Source: Elusimicrobia bacterium GWA2_51_34 (GTDB lineage: Bacteria > Elusimicrobiota > Elusimicrobia > Elusimicrobiales > UBA9959). From it: a DNA stretch of 64,000 bases. The DNA lies in assembly GCA_001799565.1 (NCBI GenBank), contig MGTS01000018.1, forward strand, positions 23,344-87,343. The letters are read 5' to 3'. This document shows positions 52,436 through 61,796 of the stretch, one piece after another. A program made the position numbers and the translations under genes. The notes beneath the pieces were generated by a model. It ran no database searches, was not told where the DNA came from, and saw only the letters and a list, made by a program, of their open reading frames with translations. Every line of letters begins with the position of its first letter. Position 1 is the first letter of the stretch.

Positions 52436-54688
52436 ATGAAGAAACTTATTAAAATTTCACTTTACACTGTTGGAATTCTGGCGGCGCTTGCTCTTGCCGG
52501 GGGGCTCGCCCTCAAATTGTATTTTACGCCCGTCCGCGTTAAGCGCCTGGCGCTTGAGTACGCCTCTTCAAACCTTAAACGGGAGGTTGATTTTAAAAGC
52601 GCGGCCTTAAGTTTATCCGGCTTCTCCATAACCGGCCTCAGAGTTTCGGAATATCCGGATTTTTCAAAAGGGGAATTTTTAAGCGCCGAAACGATTTCGG
52701 TGCGTCCGGAGCTGCGGGAACTGATCTTCAACAGGAAGATAAAAATAAATTCAGTTTCAGCCGACGGCTTGAAACTAAAAGTCCTTGAAGCGAAAAAAGG
52801 CACATACAACTTCTCGGATATGCTTGCCGTAAAAGCGCCCGCCGCTAATTCCGCGATCCCAAAAGCCACCGCCGCGCCGGCCCCGCTGGGAATTTCAAGG
52901 CTGAGCGTGACAAATTCTCAATTCTCGTATAAAAACGCCGCCGGCGACCTTGCCTGCGCCATTAAAAAAATAAACCTGGACGCCGAAAATATCTCTTCAG
53001 ACGGGCTGTTTCCGCTTGAGGGGGATTTTACCCTTAATATCGCCATGCCGCAATTCAAAGCGTCCATGCCTGTTTACCTTAAAGGCAAAGCGGCCCTTGG
53101 GGGCTGGAATCCGCAAAAAGGCCGCGCGGAAATTGAGAAAGCGCGGATAGCGCTCGGAGCCATAAAACTTGAGTTACAAGGCAGCCTCTCCAATTTAATA
53201 GAACCCGACGCCGAGCTTAAGCTCTCGGTAAAACCTTTTTCCAGTTCGGACTTAAAACCGTTTTTCCCGGCCATGCCGGCAAAAATACTTTTGCCCGCCA
53301 TTGACGCCGGAGCAGCTTTCAAGCTGACCTCAAACAACCTGCGCCTTAACCGCCTGTCGTTCAAGGCCGGGCCCGCCTCGGGCGCCCTGAAAGGAGCCAT
53401 GGCCTGGAACCCGCGCTTAGACTACTTCTTTGAAGCGGATATTAGAGCGCAGATACCGGAAATGGATTCAGCCATCATTTCAAAAAAATTTAAAATGATC
53501 CCTTCGGGTTTTAATATTCCGCTTACCGAGATAAAAGCCGTTGCCATTATAACTCCTTCCGCGGTTAAAGCGAAGTCTTTTGAGGTCAGCGCCCAGGGCA
53601 TGGGGCTTTCGGGTTCGGCTGTCATTAAACTCGCTCCCGCCATGCGCGCCGACGTAAAACTTAAAGCGGATATAACCGATCTCTCGCGGCTGGCAAAACT
53701 GGCAAAAACGCTTGAGCCCTACGCTTTAAGCGGCCGCGCCTCGGCGGCGCTGTCCTGCTCATGGTCTAATTCCCTGTTATTTTCCGGCAAGGCCGACTTC
53801 AGCGGCTTGGGCGCCGCTTTTATGGAACGGAAACTTTCCGGCCTCAAAGGCTCGCTTAATTTCTCAAAAGACGCCGTGACCTCAGGGCCGCTTGCGGGCA
53901 AGCTTGACGGCGAGAACTTTACGGGCTCTTTCAGCGTTAAGAACTACGCCGCCCATCCCAAAACCGTCTTTGATTTCAAACTGGCTAAACTCGTCATTAA
54001 AACACAGCCGCCGGCCGCGGCGGGGAAAGACGCCGCCGCTGAAAAACCGGCAAAAAAACCGGTTCAACCGGTTTTTTATATGGACCTGGCCGGAGCGGCC
54101 GAACTGGGGGCGATTGAACACCCCAATTTTTCCGCAAAAACCGCGGTTTTTAAATGCGACCTGAAAAATATTTCGGACGACCTCAAAGCGCTGTCGGGAA
54201 ACGCCTCGTTCAACACAGGAACCGGTAAATTGTCCGACCTTTACGAACTGGCAAAAAGCAACAAGGCCGCCAAGGTGGCCCTCTTCCCGCTTTTGGCGCT
54301 TCAGAAGGCCTCTAAACTCGCCAAAGGCGCGCGGTTGCCTGATTTCAACAACATCGCTTTTGACAAAATTGAGGGGGATTATCTTTTTGACAAGGGCCTG
54401 ATGAAAATAAATAAATCGTCCCTGAACGCGGCAATAGCGGACGCCTCCTCTTCCGGCAGCATAAACCTGAGCGGAGAAACGCTGGACATGAAAATTAATA
54501 CCACGCTGAAAGAAGGCAGCGGCATAAAGATGTCGGCTCCTTTAACGCTTCTGGTTACCGGCACTATGAGCTCTCCCTCCGTAAAGCTGGATATAAAATC
54601 AGTCATGGCACAGCCCGCCGTTAAAAAGAACGTTAACAAGGCCGTGCAGGAAGGCACGAAACTGCTTAAGAATCTATTTAAAAAATGA
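52436..54688 (+). CDS. AsmA-family outer-membrane biogenesis protein
   Basis: 750 aa with an N-terminal TM anchor and a long beta-rich repetitive body typical of AsmA/TamB-like proteins. Confidence 0.7.
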   Translation: MKKLIKISLYTVGILAALALAGGLALKLYFTPVRVKRLALEYASSNLKREVDFKSAALSLSGFSITGLRVSEYPDFSKGEFLSAETISVRPELRELIFNRKIKINSVSADGLKLKVLEAKKGTYNFSDMLAVKAPAANSAIPKATAAPAPLGISRLSVTNSQFSYKNAAGDLACAIKKINLDAENISSDGLFPLEGDFTLNIAMPQFKASMPVYLKGKAALGGWNPQKGRAEIEKARIALGAIKLELQGSLSNLIEPDAELKLSVKPFSSSDLKPFFPAMPAKILLPAIDAGAAFKLTSNNLRLNRLSFKAGPASGALKGAMAWNPRLDYFFEADIRAQIPEMDSAIISKKFKMIPSGFNIPLTEIKAVAIITPSAVKAKSFEVSAQGMGLSGSAVIKLAPAMRADVKLKADITDLSRLAKLAKTLEPYALSGRASAALSCSWSNSLLFSGKADFSGLGAAFMERKLSGLKGSLNFSKDAVTSGPLAGKLDGENFTGSFSVKNYAAHPKTVFDFKLAKLVIKTQPPAAAGKDAAAEKPAKKPVQPVFYMDLAGAAELGAIEHPNFSAKTAVFKCDLKNISDDLKALSGNASFNTGTGKLSDLYELAKSNKAAKVALFPLLALQKASKLAKGARLPDFNNIAFDKIEGDYLFDKGLMKINKSSLNAAIADASSSGSINLSGETLDMKINTTLKEGSGIKMSAPLTLLVTGTMSSPSVKLDIKSVMAQPAVKKNVNKAVQEGTKLLKNLFKK

Positions 54689-55572
54689 AAACGCGCGCTC
54701 TGTTAGCGGTTATTGCGCTTGCCGCGGCCTGTGCCGGGCCGCAAAAAAAGGAGATCAGCCTTACGGGCGAACCGTCCATAGAACGCGCCCTTGACACGCT
54801 TGCGAGCGTTTCCGAGGGCAGAAAGCTGGTGGATTTCCTTTATAAAAACCCCGTGCGCTTTGAATACTTAAACACCTCCCGCCTCTGCACCAGGTTTTCG
54901 CTTAAAACGGGAAAGATCCTTCTGCCGGCGGAGTTCCGGGGTTCCGACACGTTTCTGGCGCTCACCCTTGGCCGGGCGGCCTACATTTACCGCCTTCACG
55001 CGGAATCTGGCTTTGAAGAAATAATAGCGGAAGAAGAAGAGGCCGCCGCCCTTTTCCAGGCCAGGATGGGACTTGAATTAAATTTGCTGAACTCTGATTT
55101 TGCGGGCAAAAAATTTGCCGGCGGGATAAAAACGGATTTCTGTATTTATATCCTTGACGGCTCGCGCCACGCCGCGCAGGCCGCAAGAGCTTTGGCGCTT
55201 TCCCCGGACGCGGACTGCCAGCGCCCGCTTGAAACGCTGCGGGATCAGCGCGTGTGGCTTGAAAAAACAAGACAGGCCATAAACGATGAGACATTCTTCC
55301 AGCTGCTCCACGACCGCGACCAGCAGAAGATCCGCAAGGGCTTAATAAGCCAGTTTGAGGCCATGAAGAATGACGCCAATATCCGGGCGCTTCCGACAGC
55401 TGAAATATACCGCTTCCAGCGCGCATTATACTCCGCGCAAAGCGATATCTTCTCTAGGTTTGAAAAAGCCTACCGGGAAGCTACGCAGGACGACGATGCA
55501 TGGCGCGCGGCTAATGCCGGCGCGATACAGAGGGCAAGGGAAGAATTTTCAACTTGCAATATGAAGGAATAG
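54685..55572 (+). CDS. Hypothetical lipoprotein
   Basis: 295 aa with a lipobox-like LAAAC, start-coupled to the asmA-like gene. Confidence 0.5.
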   Translation: MKTRALLAVIALAAACAGPQKKEISLTGEPSIERALDTLASVSEGRKLVDFLYKNPVRFEYLNTSRLCTRFSLKTGKILLPAEFRGSDTFLALTLGRAAYIYRLHAESGFEEIIAEEEEAAALFQARMGLELNLLNSDFAGKKFAGGIKTDFCIYILDGSRHAAQAARALALSPDADCQRPLETLRDQRVWLEKTRQAINDETFFQLLHDRDQQKIRKGLISQFEAMKNDANIRALPTAEIYRFQRALYSAQSDIFSRFEKAYREATQDDDAWRAANAGAIQRAREEFSTCNMKE

Positions 55573-55680
55573 CAGTTGGTAGGTAGTAGGTGGCATGTAG
55601 TAGGTAGGAAAAGAGTCTGAAGGTATTCGCCATTCACTATTCGTACTGTTTCTACCTACCACCTACTACCTACTGCCTAC
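55572..55680. repeat. Word-repeat hairpin (GGTAGGTAGTAGGTGG words)
   Basis: gcagttggtaggtagtaggtggcatgtagtaggtagg ... ctacctaccacctactacctactgcctac. Confidence 0.7.
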
Positions 55681-55732
55681 TTTCCCAAAGCCCAATTTGA
55701 CTTGTCCGGTCTCTATTTATATCATCTAGCTT

Positions 55733-56098
55733 ATGCCGACTCCGTACAACATCTGTCTTGTGACCGTGGGCGATAAAAAAACCGCCTCCGCCATAACTGA
55801 CGCGCTTTTAAAAGAAAAGCTTGCCGCCTGTGTTTCAGCCGTGCCGGGGCTTGTCTCCACCTACCGCTGGAAGGGAAAAATAGAGCGCAGTTCGGAAATA
55901 CTCCTGATAATAAAAACGCGCAAAGCCCTGCGCGAGGACGTAATGCAGGCGGTGCGCGGCAAGCACCCATACAGCGTGCCTGAAATGCTTTTTTTTGACA
56001 TTGAAAATGGCGGCAAGGATTATCTGAACTGGCTGGGGGCCAACACTCTTTTTACCACAAACATTCCAAAAGACCGGCCGGGGAACAACGGATTATGA
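55733..56098 (+). CDS. cutA: Divalent-cation tolerance protein CutA
   Basis: 121 aa. LAACVSAVPGLVSTYRWKGKIE...HPYSVPEM. Confidence 0.88.
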   Translation: MPTPYNICLVTVGDKKTASAITDALLKEKLAACVSAVPGLVSTYRWKGKIERSSEILLIIKTRKALREDVMQAVRGKHPYSVPEMLFFDIENGGKDYLNWLGANTLFTTNIPKDRPGNNGL

Positions 56099-56358
56099 AA
56101 AATACGCTTAATGTGGCGGTGGTGATAGTGATCGGCTCGCTGCTGGGCACTGTCATCAGTAAACTGTGTAATGTCTGGTTCCCTATAGGCCAGATAAACA
56201 CCCTGATAAATACCGGTATAAACACGGGGCTTCAGCCCACAACGCTTGACCTTAACCTGATTGAATTTACCGTGGGACTGGTTTTCAAATTCAATATAGC
56301 AAGCATTGCCGGTATTTTTATCGCGGCGGTGATCTACAAACAGCTAATTAAGCCATGA
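56095..56358 (+). CDS. DUF4321-like small membrane protein
   Basis: 87 aa with two hydrophobic segments. Its position upstream of maf is compatible with the DUF4321 family. Confidence 0.55.
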   Translation: MKNTLNVAVVIVIGSLLGTVISKLCNVWFPIGQINTLINTGINTGLQPTTLDLNLIEFTVGLVFKFNIASIAGIFIAAVIYKQLIKP

Positions 56359-56416
56359 CCCCACCACCCGCTTGCAAATCGGAGATTTGCCTTCGGCAAA
56401 TAAGCGGGTGGTGGGG
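56359..56416 (+). other. 58-nt perfect-stem hairpin with mutually exclusive inner helices
   Basis: The outer 15-bp stem is ccccaccacccgctt / aagcgggtggtgggg. Inside, atttgc(c) can pair with either the upstream gcaaat or the downstream ggcaaat. Confidence 0.6.
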
Positions 56417-56461
56417 TGCCCCCGCTACCCGCTTATTCCACCACCGGCCGCAGGTGGCAAA

Positions 56462-57055
56462 GTGACACCGAGGCTTATACTCGCGTCCGCGTCGCCAAGG
56501 CGAAAACAATTGCTTACCGAAGCGGGAATTCCCTTCAAGGCCATCCCCAGCCGGGTCACAGAAGTTTCCGCCTTCAAACGCCCCGATCTTATCGTTAAAG
56601 AGCTGGCTTATAAAAAAGCCCTCAGTGTGGCCGTTAAGCATCCAAAAAGACCGGTGCTGGGCGCGGACACGCTGGTTTACTGCAAGGGCCGGGTGCTTGG
56701 CAAGCCCAAAACCGCAAAAGACGCCATGCGCCTGCTTAATCTGCAAAACGGCTCCTGGCAGACCGTGCACACCGGCGCGGCCCTCATCTGGCTTGAAAAG
56801 AATATCTTCCTGGCCGGGGGAGAACGCACCCGCTGCAAGGCGCGCAAACTTCCGCTAAAAACGCTGCGCAGCATGGCTGAAAAGCACCTGGATAAAGCCG
56901 GCGCTTACGCCGTGCAGGACGCGGACGATATTTTTATAGCTAAAATGGACGGCCGCTTTGACACGGTGGTGGGACTCTCCATGAATGTAGTGCGCAAATT
57001 TATGAAGCAGGCCGGGCTTAGCATAAAAAAGAAGTCAGAAGTCAGTAGTCAGTAG
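56462..57055 (+). CDS. maf: Maf-like nucleoside triphosphate pyrophosphatase
   Basis: LILASASPRRKQLL...VLGADT...GAYAVQ. Start placed at the in-frame GTG just before the conserved N-terminus. The ORF track start at 56372 lies inside the hairpin. Confidence 0.85.
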   Translation: MTPRLILASASPRRKQLLTEAGIPFKAIPSRVTEVSAFKRPDLIVKELAYKKALSVAVKHPKRPVLGADTLVYCKGRVLGKPKTAKDAMRLLNLQNGSWQTVHTGAALIWLEKNIFLAGGERTRCKARKLPLKTLRSMAEKHLDKAGAYAVQDADDIFIAKMDGRFDTVVGLSMNVVRKFMKQAGLSIKKKSEVSSQ

Positions 57056-57132
57056 TCAGTAGTCAGAATAGTGGGACCTTTCTTATTGCTGGCATCCTCA
57101 TTCTGTCTTCTGAATTCTGACTACTGTCTACT
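57031..57132. repeat. Word-repeat hairpin, TCAGAAG/TCAGTAG word family (overlaps the maf 3' end)
   Basis: gaagtcagaagtcagtagtcagtagtcagtagtcagaatag ... cattctgtcttctgaattctgactactgtctac. Confidence 0.7.
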
Positions 57133-57151
57133 TAAGCTGTAACAAAAACTT

Positions 57152-57553
57152 ATGTATAAAGTGAGCAAAACCGCATCTTTCGCCTACAGCCACAGGCTGC
57201 TTGATTACAAAGGCAAGTGCAAAAATCTGCACGGCCATAACGGCAGGGTGGAATTAATACTTGAAACCAAAACGCTCAACGGCGCGGCGATGGCCGCGGA
57301 CTTCACGGAGTTCGGCGCGGCGCTACGGAGCTGGGTGGATTTAAACCTTGACCATAAAACCATACTCTGCGCGCGCGATCCGCTTCTTAAAAAGCTGAAA
57401 GAGGCCGGCCAGTCCTGTTTTGAAACCGCCGGCAACCCGACGGCGGAAACCCTGGCCGAACTCATTTTTACTGAAATGAAAAAGCTGAGTCTCCCGGTGT
57501 CGGAAGTTAAATTCTGGGAAACCGACAATTCAATGGCCTCTTTCAGCAAATAA
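57152..57553 (+). CDS. queD: 6-carboxy-5,6,7,8-tetrahydropterin synthase (QueD / PTPS family)
   Basis: 133 aa. FAYSHRL...CKNLHGHN...LDHK. Confidence 0.88.
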   Translation: MYKVSKTASFAYSHRLLDYKGKCKNLHGHNGRVELILETKTLNGAAMAADFTEFGAALRSWVDLNLDHKTILCARDPLLKKLKEAGQSCFETAGNPTAETLAELIFTEMKKLSLPVSEVKFWETDNSMASFSK

Positions 57554-57564
57554 ATTAATATGAC

Positions 57565-57658
57565 GCGGGTATGCTGGTAGGCTAGTAGGCTGGTATGCTT
57601 ACCGACAAGAGTTTTTAAGTGCCTCTGCGGGCTTACTAGCCTACTCGCCTACCAGCAT
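57565..57658. repeat. Word-repeat hairpin, GTAGGCT/GTATGCT word family
   Basis: gcgggtatgctggtaggctagtaggctggtatgc ... gcgggcttactagcctactcgcctaccagcat. Confidence 0.7.
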
Positions 57659-57684
57659 TATTTTAAAACTCAAGGAGATTTACC

Positions 57685-58620
57685 ATGAGCGGCAGTTCAA
57701 ATCATTTTGACCTTTTAATTATCGGCTCGGGCCCCGCCGGTTTTACGGCGGCCATTTATGGCACGCGCGGAGGCCTTAAAACAGGCCTACTAGGCGGCGC
57801 GGCCCCCGGCGGACAGCTGCTGAACACCACGGAAATAGAAAATTTCCCGGGTTTTGAGACGCCTGTAAACGGCCCAGATCTTATGATCCATATGCTTAAC
57901 CAGGCTAAAAGGCTGGGAACGGAGGTCTTTCAGGAAGACGCCGTAAAAGTAGATTTCAAGGCGTCTCCATTCGCCGTAACCGGCTCAAGCGCCAGGATAT
58001 ATACCGCCCGCGCGGTAATAGCCGCCACCGGCGCCAGGGCCAGGTGGCTTGGCCTGCCCTCCGAGAAAAAATACCTGGGCAAGGGTGTTTCGGGCTGCGC
58101 TACCTGTGACGGATTTTTTTACCGCGGAAAAGAAGTATGCGTGGTGGGAGGGGGGGACACAGCCGCGGAGGACGCGCTTTTTTTAACAAAATTCGCCTCG
58201 CGCGTTTATCTGGTGCACCGCAGAGACCAGTTACGGGCCAACTTCCGCCTTCAGGAAAAACTGAAGGCGCACCCCAAAATAGAAATTATCTACGACAGCA
58301 CGCCGGAGGAAATGCTCGGCGACGCAAGACTGACATCCGTAAAGATTAAAAATGTGAAAACCGGCGCGGCGCGTGAACTAATAGTAACCGGCGCGTTTAT
58401 AGCCATAGGCCATACGCCTGAAACAGCTATTTTTGAAGGCCGGCTTAAGCTTGACGAAGCCGGATATATTTTAACCGACGGACACACAAAAACTTCTCTG
58501 CCGGGAGTTTTCGCGGCCGGCGATGTAATGGACCGCTATTACAAACAGGCGGTGGTAGCCGCCGGTTCGGGCTGCATGGCCGCCATGGAAGCGGAAAAAT
58601 ACCTGGAAAATAGTAAGTGA
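57685..58620 (+). CDS. trxB: Thioredoxin-disulfide reductase
   Basis: 311 aa. GSGPAG, the redox-active CATCDG and GGGDTA. Confidence 0.95.
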   Translation: MSGSSNHFDLLIIGSGPAGFTAAIYGTRGGLKTGLLGGAAPGGQLLNTTEIENFPGFETPVNGPDLMIHMLNQAKRLGTEVFQEDAVKVDFKASPFAVTGSSARIYTARAVIAATGARARWLGLPSEKKYLGKGVSGCATCDGFFYRGKEVCVVGGGDTAAEDALFLTKFASRVYLVHRRDQLRANFRLQEKLKAHPKIEIIYDSTPEEMLGDARLTSVKIKNVKTGAARELIVTGAFIAIGHTPETAIFEGRLKLDEAGYILTDGHTKTSLPGVFAAGDVMDRYYKQAVVAAGSGCMAAMEAEKYLENSK

Positions 58621-58786
58621 GTAAGTGATTGAGTGATTCAGCAATTAAGTTTAGAAGAAATAATCGGTTTGGTTAAACCTGCATTACTCATCTTCCGACT
58701 TCCGCTTTCCCGCCAGAGTCAAAGAGCCAGGGCTCTAATCTACTAAATTGCCACGCATCTAAATTGCTTTGCCTCTATCCATCTAA

Positions 58787-60361
58787 CTATCCGTGCGGAA
58801 GCGCGCCCAGGCGGCGCAGGACCAGGCTGGTTTTTCGGGCGGCCTTAACAAACGCGCGCCAGCTTTTAAGAAGTTTTTTACGCTCTTCCTCCGCCAGACG
58901 CGGCAGAAATTCTTCGGAGGAAGTTCTTACCTTCCAGGAAAGCTCAAGGCCGATAGAGCGCGCGGCCGCAAGCGCCGCGCCGGCGGCGGTAGCCTCGGCT
59001 TCTTCCAGACGCAGCACTTTGACGCCCGTAATATCGGCCTGAAACTGCAGCAGCCAGTTTATTTTTGACAGGCCGCCCGAAACCTTAAGCTCCTCTATTT
59101 TAAAACCCCTGCGTTTTATAAGGTCAAGCGAATCCGCCACCATAAAAGCCACACCCTCAAGCACACCGCGCACCAGATCGTTCTTATCCGAAGCGGCTGA
59201 AAACCCGGTGAAGGTGGTAAACGCGGAAAAATCCCAATAAGGCGAGCCGATGCCGCCTATTGCCGGCAGGCAGAAAAGGCGGTTTTTGGACTTGCGGCAC
59301 ATGCCGTCAACGTCCCCTATATCCTCAAACAGGCCGAATTTCACTTTAAGCCATTCAAGGGCCGTGCCGGCGGAATTTACGGTGCTTTCGGTAAAATAAC
59401 AAAGCGATTTTTTCCCCTGTCCCGCTCTTTGGCCGCTTCGGAAAAAGGGCGGGGCCTGTCCCGCCTCCGCCTTAGGCGGATACGGGGGCCAACCCACGGA
59501 ATTAAGCAGGCCGCGTATTTTTACGGGCCTGGTCCCGGTGTTTACAAGCAAAAAAGCGCCGGTGCCGTAATTGAGGGCGGCGGCGTTTTCACCTTCAACA
59601 CCCAGGCCCAGCATGGCGGCCTGCTGATCGCCCATCATGGCGCGCACCGGCAGGGTGAAACCATCCGCGTCAAAGCTCCCATAGTCTCCGAAACTCGGGC
59701 GCACTTCCGGCAGGCTCCCGGGGGGCACGCCAAAAGCCTCAAGCAGGCGCTTGTCCCACCCGAGCCGCCTTATGTTAAAGAGCAGAGTGCGCTGGGCCTG
59801 GCCGGGGTCAAGCGCAAACACCGCGCCCTTTGAAAATTTCCACAGCAGAAACCCAGCCACCGGGGCGACAAGCAGATTTTTTTCTTCGGCGGCTTTTTTA
59901 ACCCCGGGATAGTTTTTCAGGCACCAGGCTATTTTTGAAGCGCTGTAATACGGCGTCTTGTAAAGGCCGGTGACATCGTGAATTATGCGGTTTGAAAGGG
60001 AAATTTCCGACAGCAGCTCCAGCGCGCGCCCGTCCTGCCAGCTTAGCGCGGGACAAAGGGGAGCGCCGGTGCGCTTATCCCAAAGCACCACGGTTGAACG
60101 CTGGGCCGCCACGGCGAGAGCAAGAACCTTTGACCCGGGGGGAAGTTTGGAAAGCGCCTCACTCAGGCTTTCTTTCTGCGTTTTAAAAATTTCTTCCGCA
60201 TCGTACTCCGCCCGGCCCGGGGAGGGGTAAACCGCTTCAAGCTTGCGCCGGGCCTTAAAGCGCACTGTTCCCTTAAGGTCAAAAGCCAGCGCCCTGGAGC
60301 TGGAACTGCCCTGGTCAAGCACCAGAATAAACTCTTCACCCGCAGCCGGCATGTCCATCAT
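58787..60361 (-). CDS. FGGY-family carbohydrate kinase (glycerol kinase-like)
   Basis: 524 aa. LVLDQGSSSSRA...YPSPGRAEYDAEEI. The protein carries a Pro-rich internal insertion. Confidence 0.8.
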   Translation of the reverse strand: MMDMPAAGEEFILVLDQGSSSSRALAFDLKGTVRFKARRKLEAVYPSPGRAEYDAEEIFKTQKESLSEALSKLPPGSKVLALAVAAQRSTVVLWDKRTGAPLCPALSWQDGRALELLSEISLSNRIIHDVTGLYKTPYYSASKIAWCLKNYPGVKKAAEEKNLLVAPVAGFLLWKFSKGAVFALDPGQAQRTLLFNIRRLGWDKRLLEAFGVPPGSLPEVRPSFGDYGSFDADGFTLPVRAMMGDQQAAMLGLGVEGENAAALNYGTGAFLLVNTGTRPVKIRGLLNSVGWPPYPPKAEAGQAPPFFRSGQRAGQGKKSLCYFTESTVNSAGTALEWLKVKFGLFEDIGDVDGMCRKSKNRLFCLPAIGGIGSPYWDFSAFTTFTGFSAASDKNDLVRGVLEGVAFMVADSLDLIKRRGFKIEELKVSGGLSKINWLLQFQADITGVKVLRLEEAEATAAGAALAAARSIGLELSWKVRTSSEEFLPRLAEEERKKLLKSWRAFVKAARKTSLVLRRLGALPHG

Positions 60362-60461
60362 TCATCCCTTAACAACCAGTGGTCAGTGGTTAGTGATTAG
60401 TGGTGAGTGGTTAGCAGTAAACTGTCCACTACTCACTTCCTTTACTCTCAACTCTAAACTC

Positions 60462-61796
60462 TCAACTCTCAATTTTCTTTTTAAGATTTATTTCAAGGCG
60501 GGTAGAACGCGCTCCGTGGCGCTTAAGCTTATTTTTTGCCGCCTCCGGCACCGCGGGGTCGCTAAGCATAGCCACAATTTTAGGCAGCGTAAGGCCAAGA
60601 GCTTTCTGGTAAAGGTCAAACTCATTCAGCACGCCTATAACAGCCTCGCGGTCGCCGAATTTCCAGTTTTCACCTCGGCTGAGTTCCAGGCTGTATTTTT
60701 CGCCGGAAAGTTCTTTTTTACCTTCGCCTGTATGCATACCGCCAAGTTCCCGCGCCACCTCATCAAGCTGGGCGTTAAGCTTATCCATTTCTTCTTTCAG
60801 ATGTCCGTAGCGGTCCACCAGCGCCTCAACTTTTGCGGCGGAGCCGCGCGGAACCTCCCCGCCGTCCGTTTGTCCGCCTAAGGCGGACGGTTGTTTCTTC
60901 TGATGCGCGGGGAGCACAGCCGAAGAGGCAGGCGGCCTGCTTGAATCCGCGTGCACGGGGCACAAATTTTTAAAGTCGCAGAAATGGCACTGAAATTCGC
61001 CGGGATTAGGCTCAAACTTCATGCCCCGTATATTTTCAGCCGCGCCAAGGACCCGGTCCCAGAAAACGCCTATTTCTTTATCGCCGGCCCGTTCAAAGTG
61101 GTACTGTTTAAGCGTAGGCACATGGTAATAAAGCATCTGCTTTATTTTTACCGAACTTACTTTTTGCCCGTAACGCTCGGCTATTTTTTCTTTAAGCCGC
61201 GGGTCCAGTTCGCTTATTTTCTGATACATGTAAAGCTGATCCGGCTGGCGTTTTACATCTTTGCCGGTCTTGTAATCTATCAGCTCAACTTCGCCTCCGC
61301 CCGCATACTCAATACGGTCGGCTATTATACGCACCTTAAGGCCGTCCACTTCCACATCGGTGGAATACTCAAGCAAAAAAGGAGGCTTCAGGGAGTCCTT
61401 ATTAGCGGCGTAATAGGCTTTAAGCATTTCAACGCCTTTGCGAAAATCTGTTTCCTCTTTGGCGGGGTCTTTATAACCTTTTTCAAGCCAGGATTTAAGG
61501 CCCCATTGTTTTTTGAAAGATTCAAGCACTTCTTCAATTGAAGGGAAAGGCGGATTGCTGACGGCGTGCAGGAACTCCAGGGCCTTATGTATGCTGTTGC
61601 CGAAAGCAAAATACGACTTTGGCTCTTCTTTTATCTTGTCAAGATATTTGAATTTATATTTGAGCGGGCACTCCGTATACATGGAAAGCTTTGAGTAGGA
61701 GAAGGCAAGGGGACTGGCCCCGCCCTTTTGCCCGATGCTTTTAAAAGCAGTTGGAAAAAGAGCGGGGGTTTTTTCCTCATTTTGTTTTTTCTTCAT
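60462..61796 (-). CDS. PD-(D/E)XK nuclease family protein (Cas4/AddB-like Cys pattern) with C-terminal coiled-coil extension
   Basis: YSKLSMYTECPLKYKFKYL, ADRIE...IDYKTGK, and C-x2-C-x5-C (CHFCDFKNLC). The ~150-aa C-terminal region is of unknown function. Confidence 0.7.
   Translation of the reverse strand: MKKKQNEEKTPALFPTAFKSIGQKGGASPLAFSYSKLSMYTECPLKYKFKYLDKIKEEPKSYFAFGNSIHKALEFLHAVSNPPFPSIEEVLESFKKQWGLKSWLEKGYKDPAKEETDFRKGVEMLKAYYAANKDSLKPPFLLEYSTDVEVDGLKVRIIADRIEYAGGGEVELIDYKTGKDVKRQPDQLYMYQKISELDPRLKEKIAERYGQKVSSVKIKQMLYYHVPTLKQYHFERAGDKEIGVFWDRVLGAAENIRGMKFEPNPGEFQCHFCDFKNLCPVHADSSRPPASSAVLPAHQKKQPSALGGQTDGGEVPRGSAAKVEALVDRYGHLKEEMDKLNAQLDEVARELGGMHTGEGKKELSGEKYSLELSRGENWKFGDREAVIGVLNEFDLYQKALGLTLPKIVAMLSDPAVPEAAKNKLKRHGARSTRLEINLKKKIES

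Noticed and set aside
60243-60881. 212-aa plus-strand ORF spanning the gap between the FGGY kinase and the nuclease gene.
   Set aside because: It overlaps the ends of two supported minus-strand genes and a word-repeat tract, and the protein has no recognisable features.
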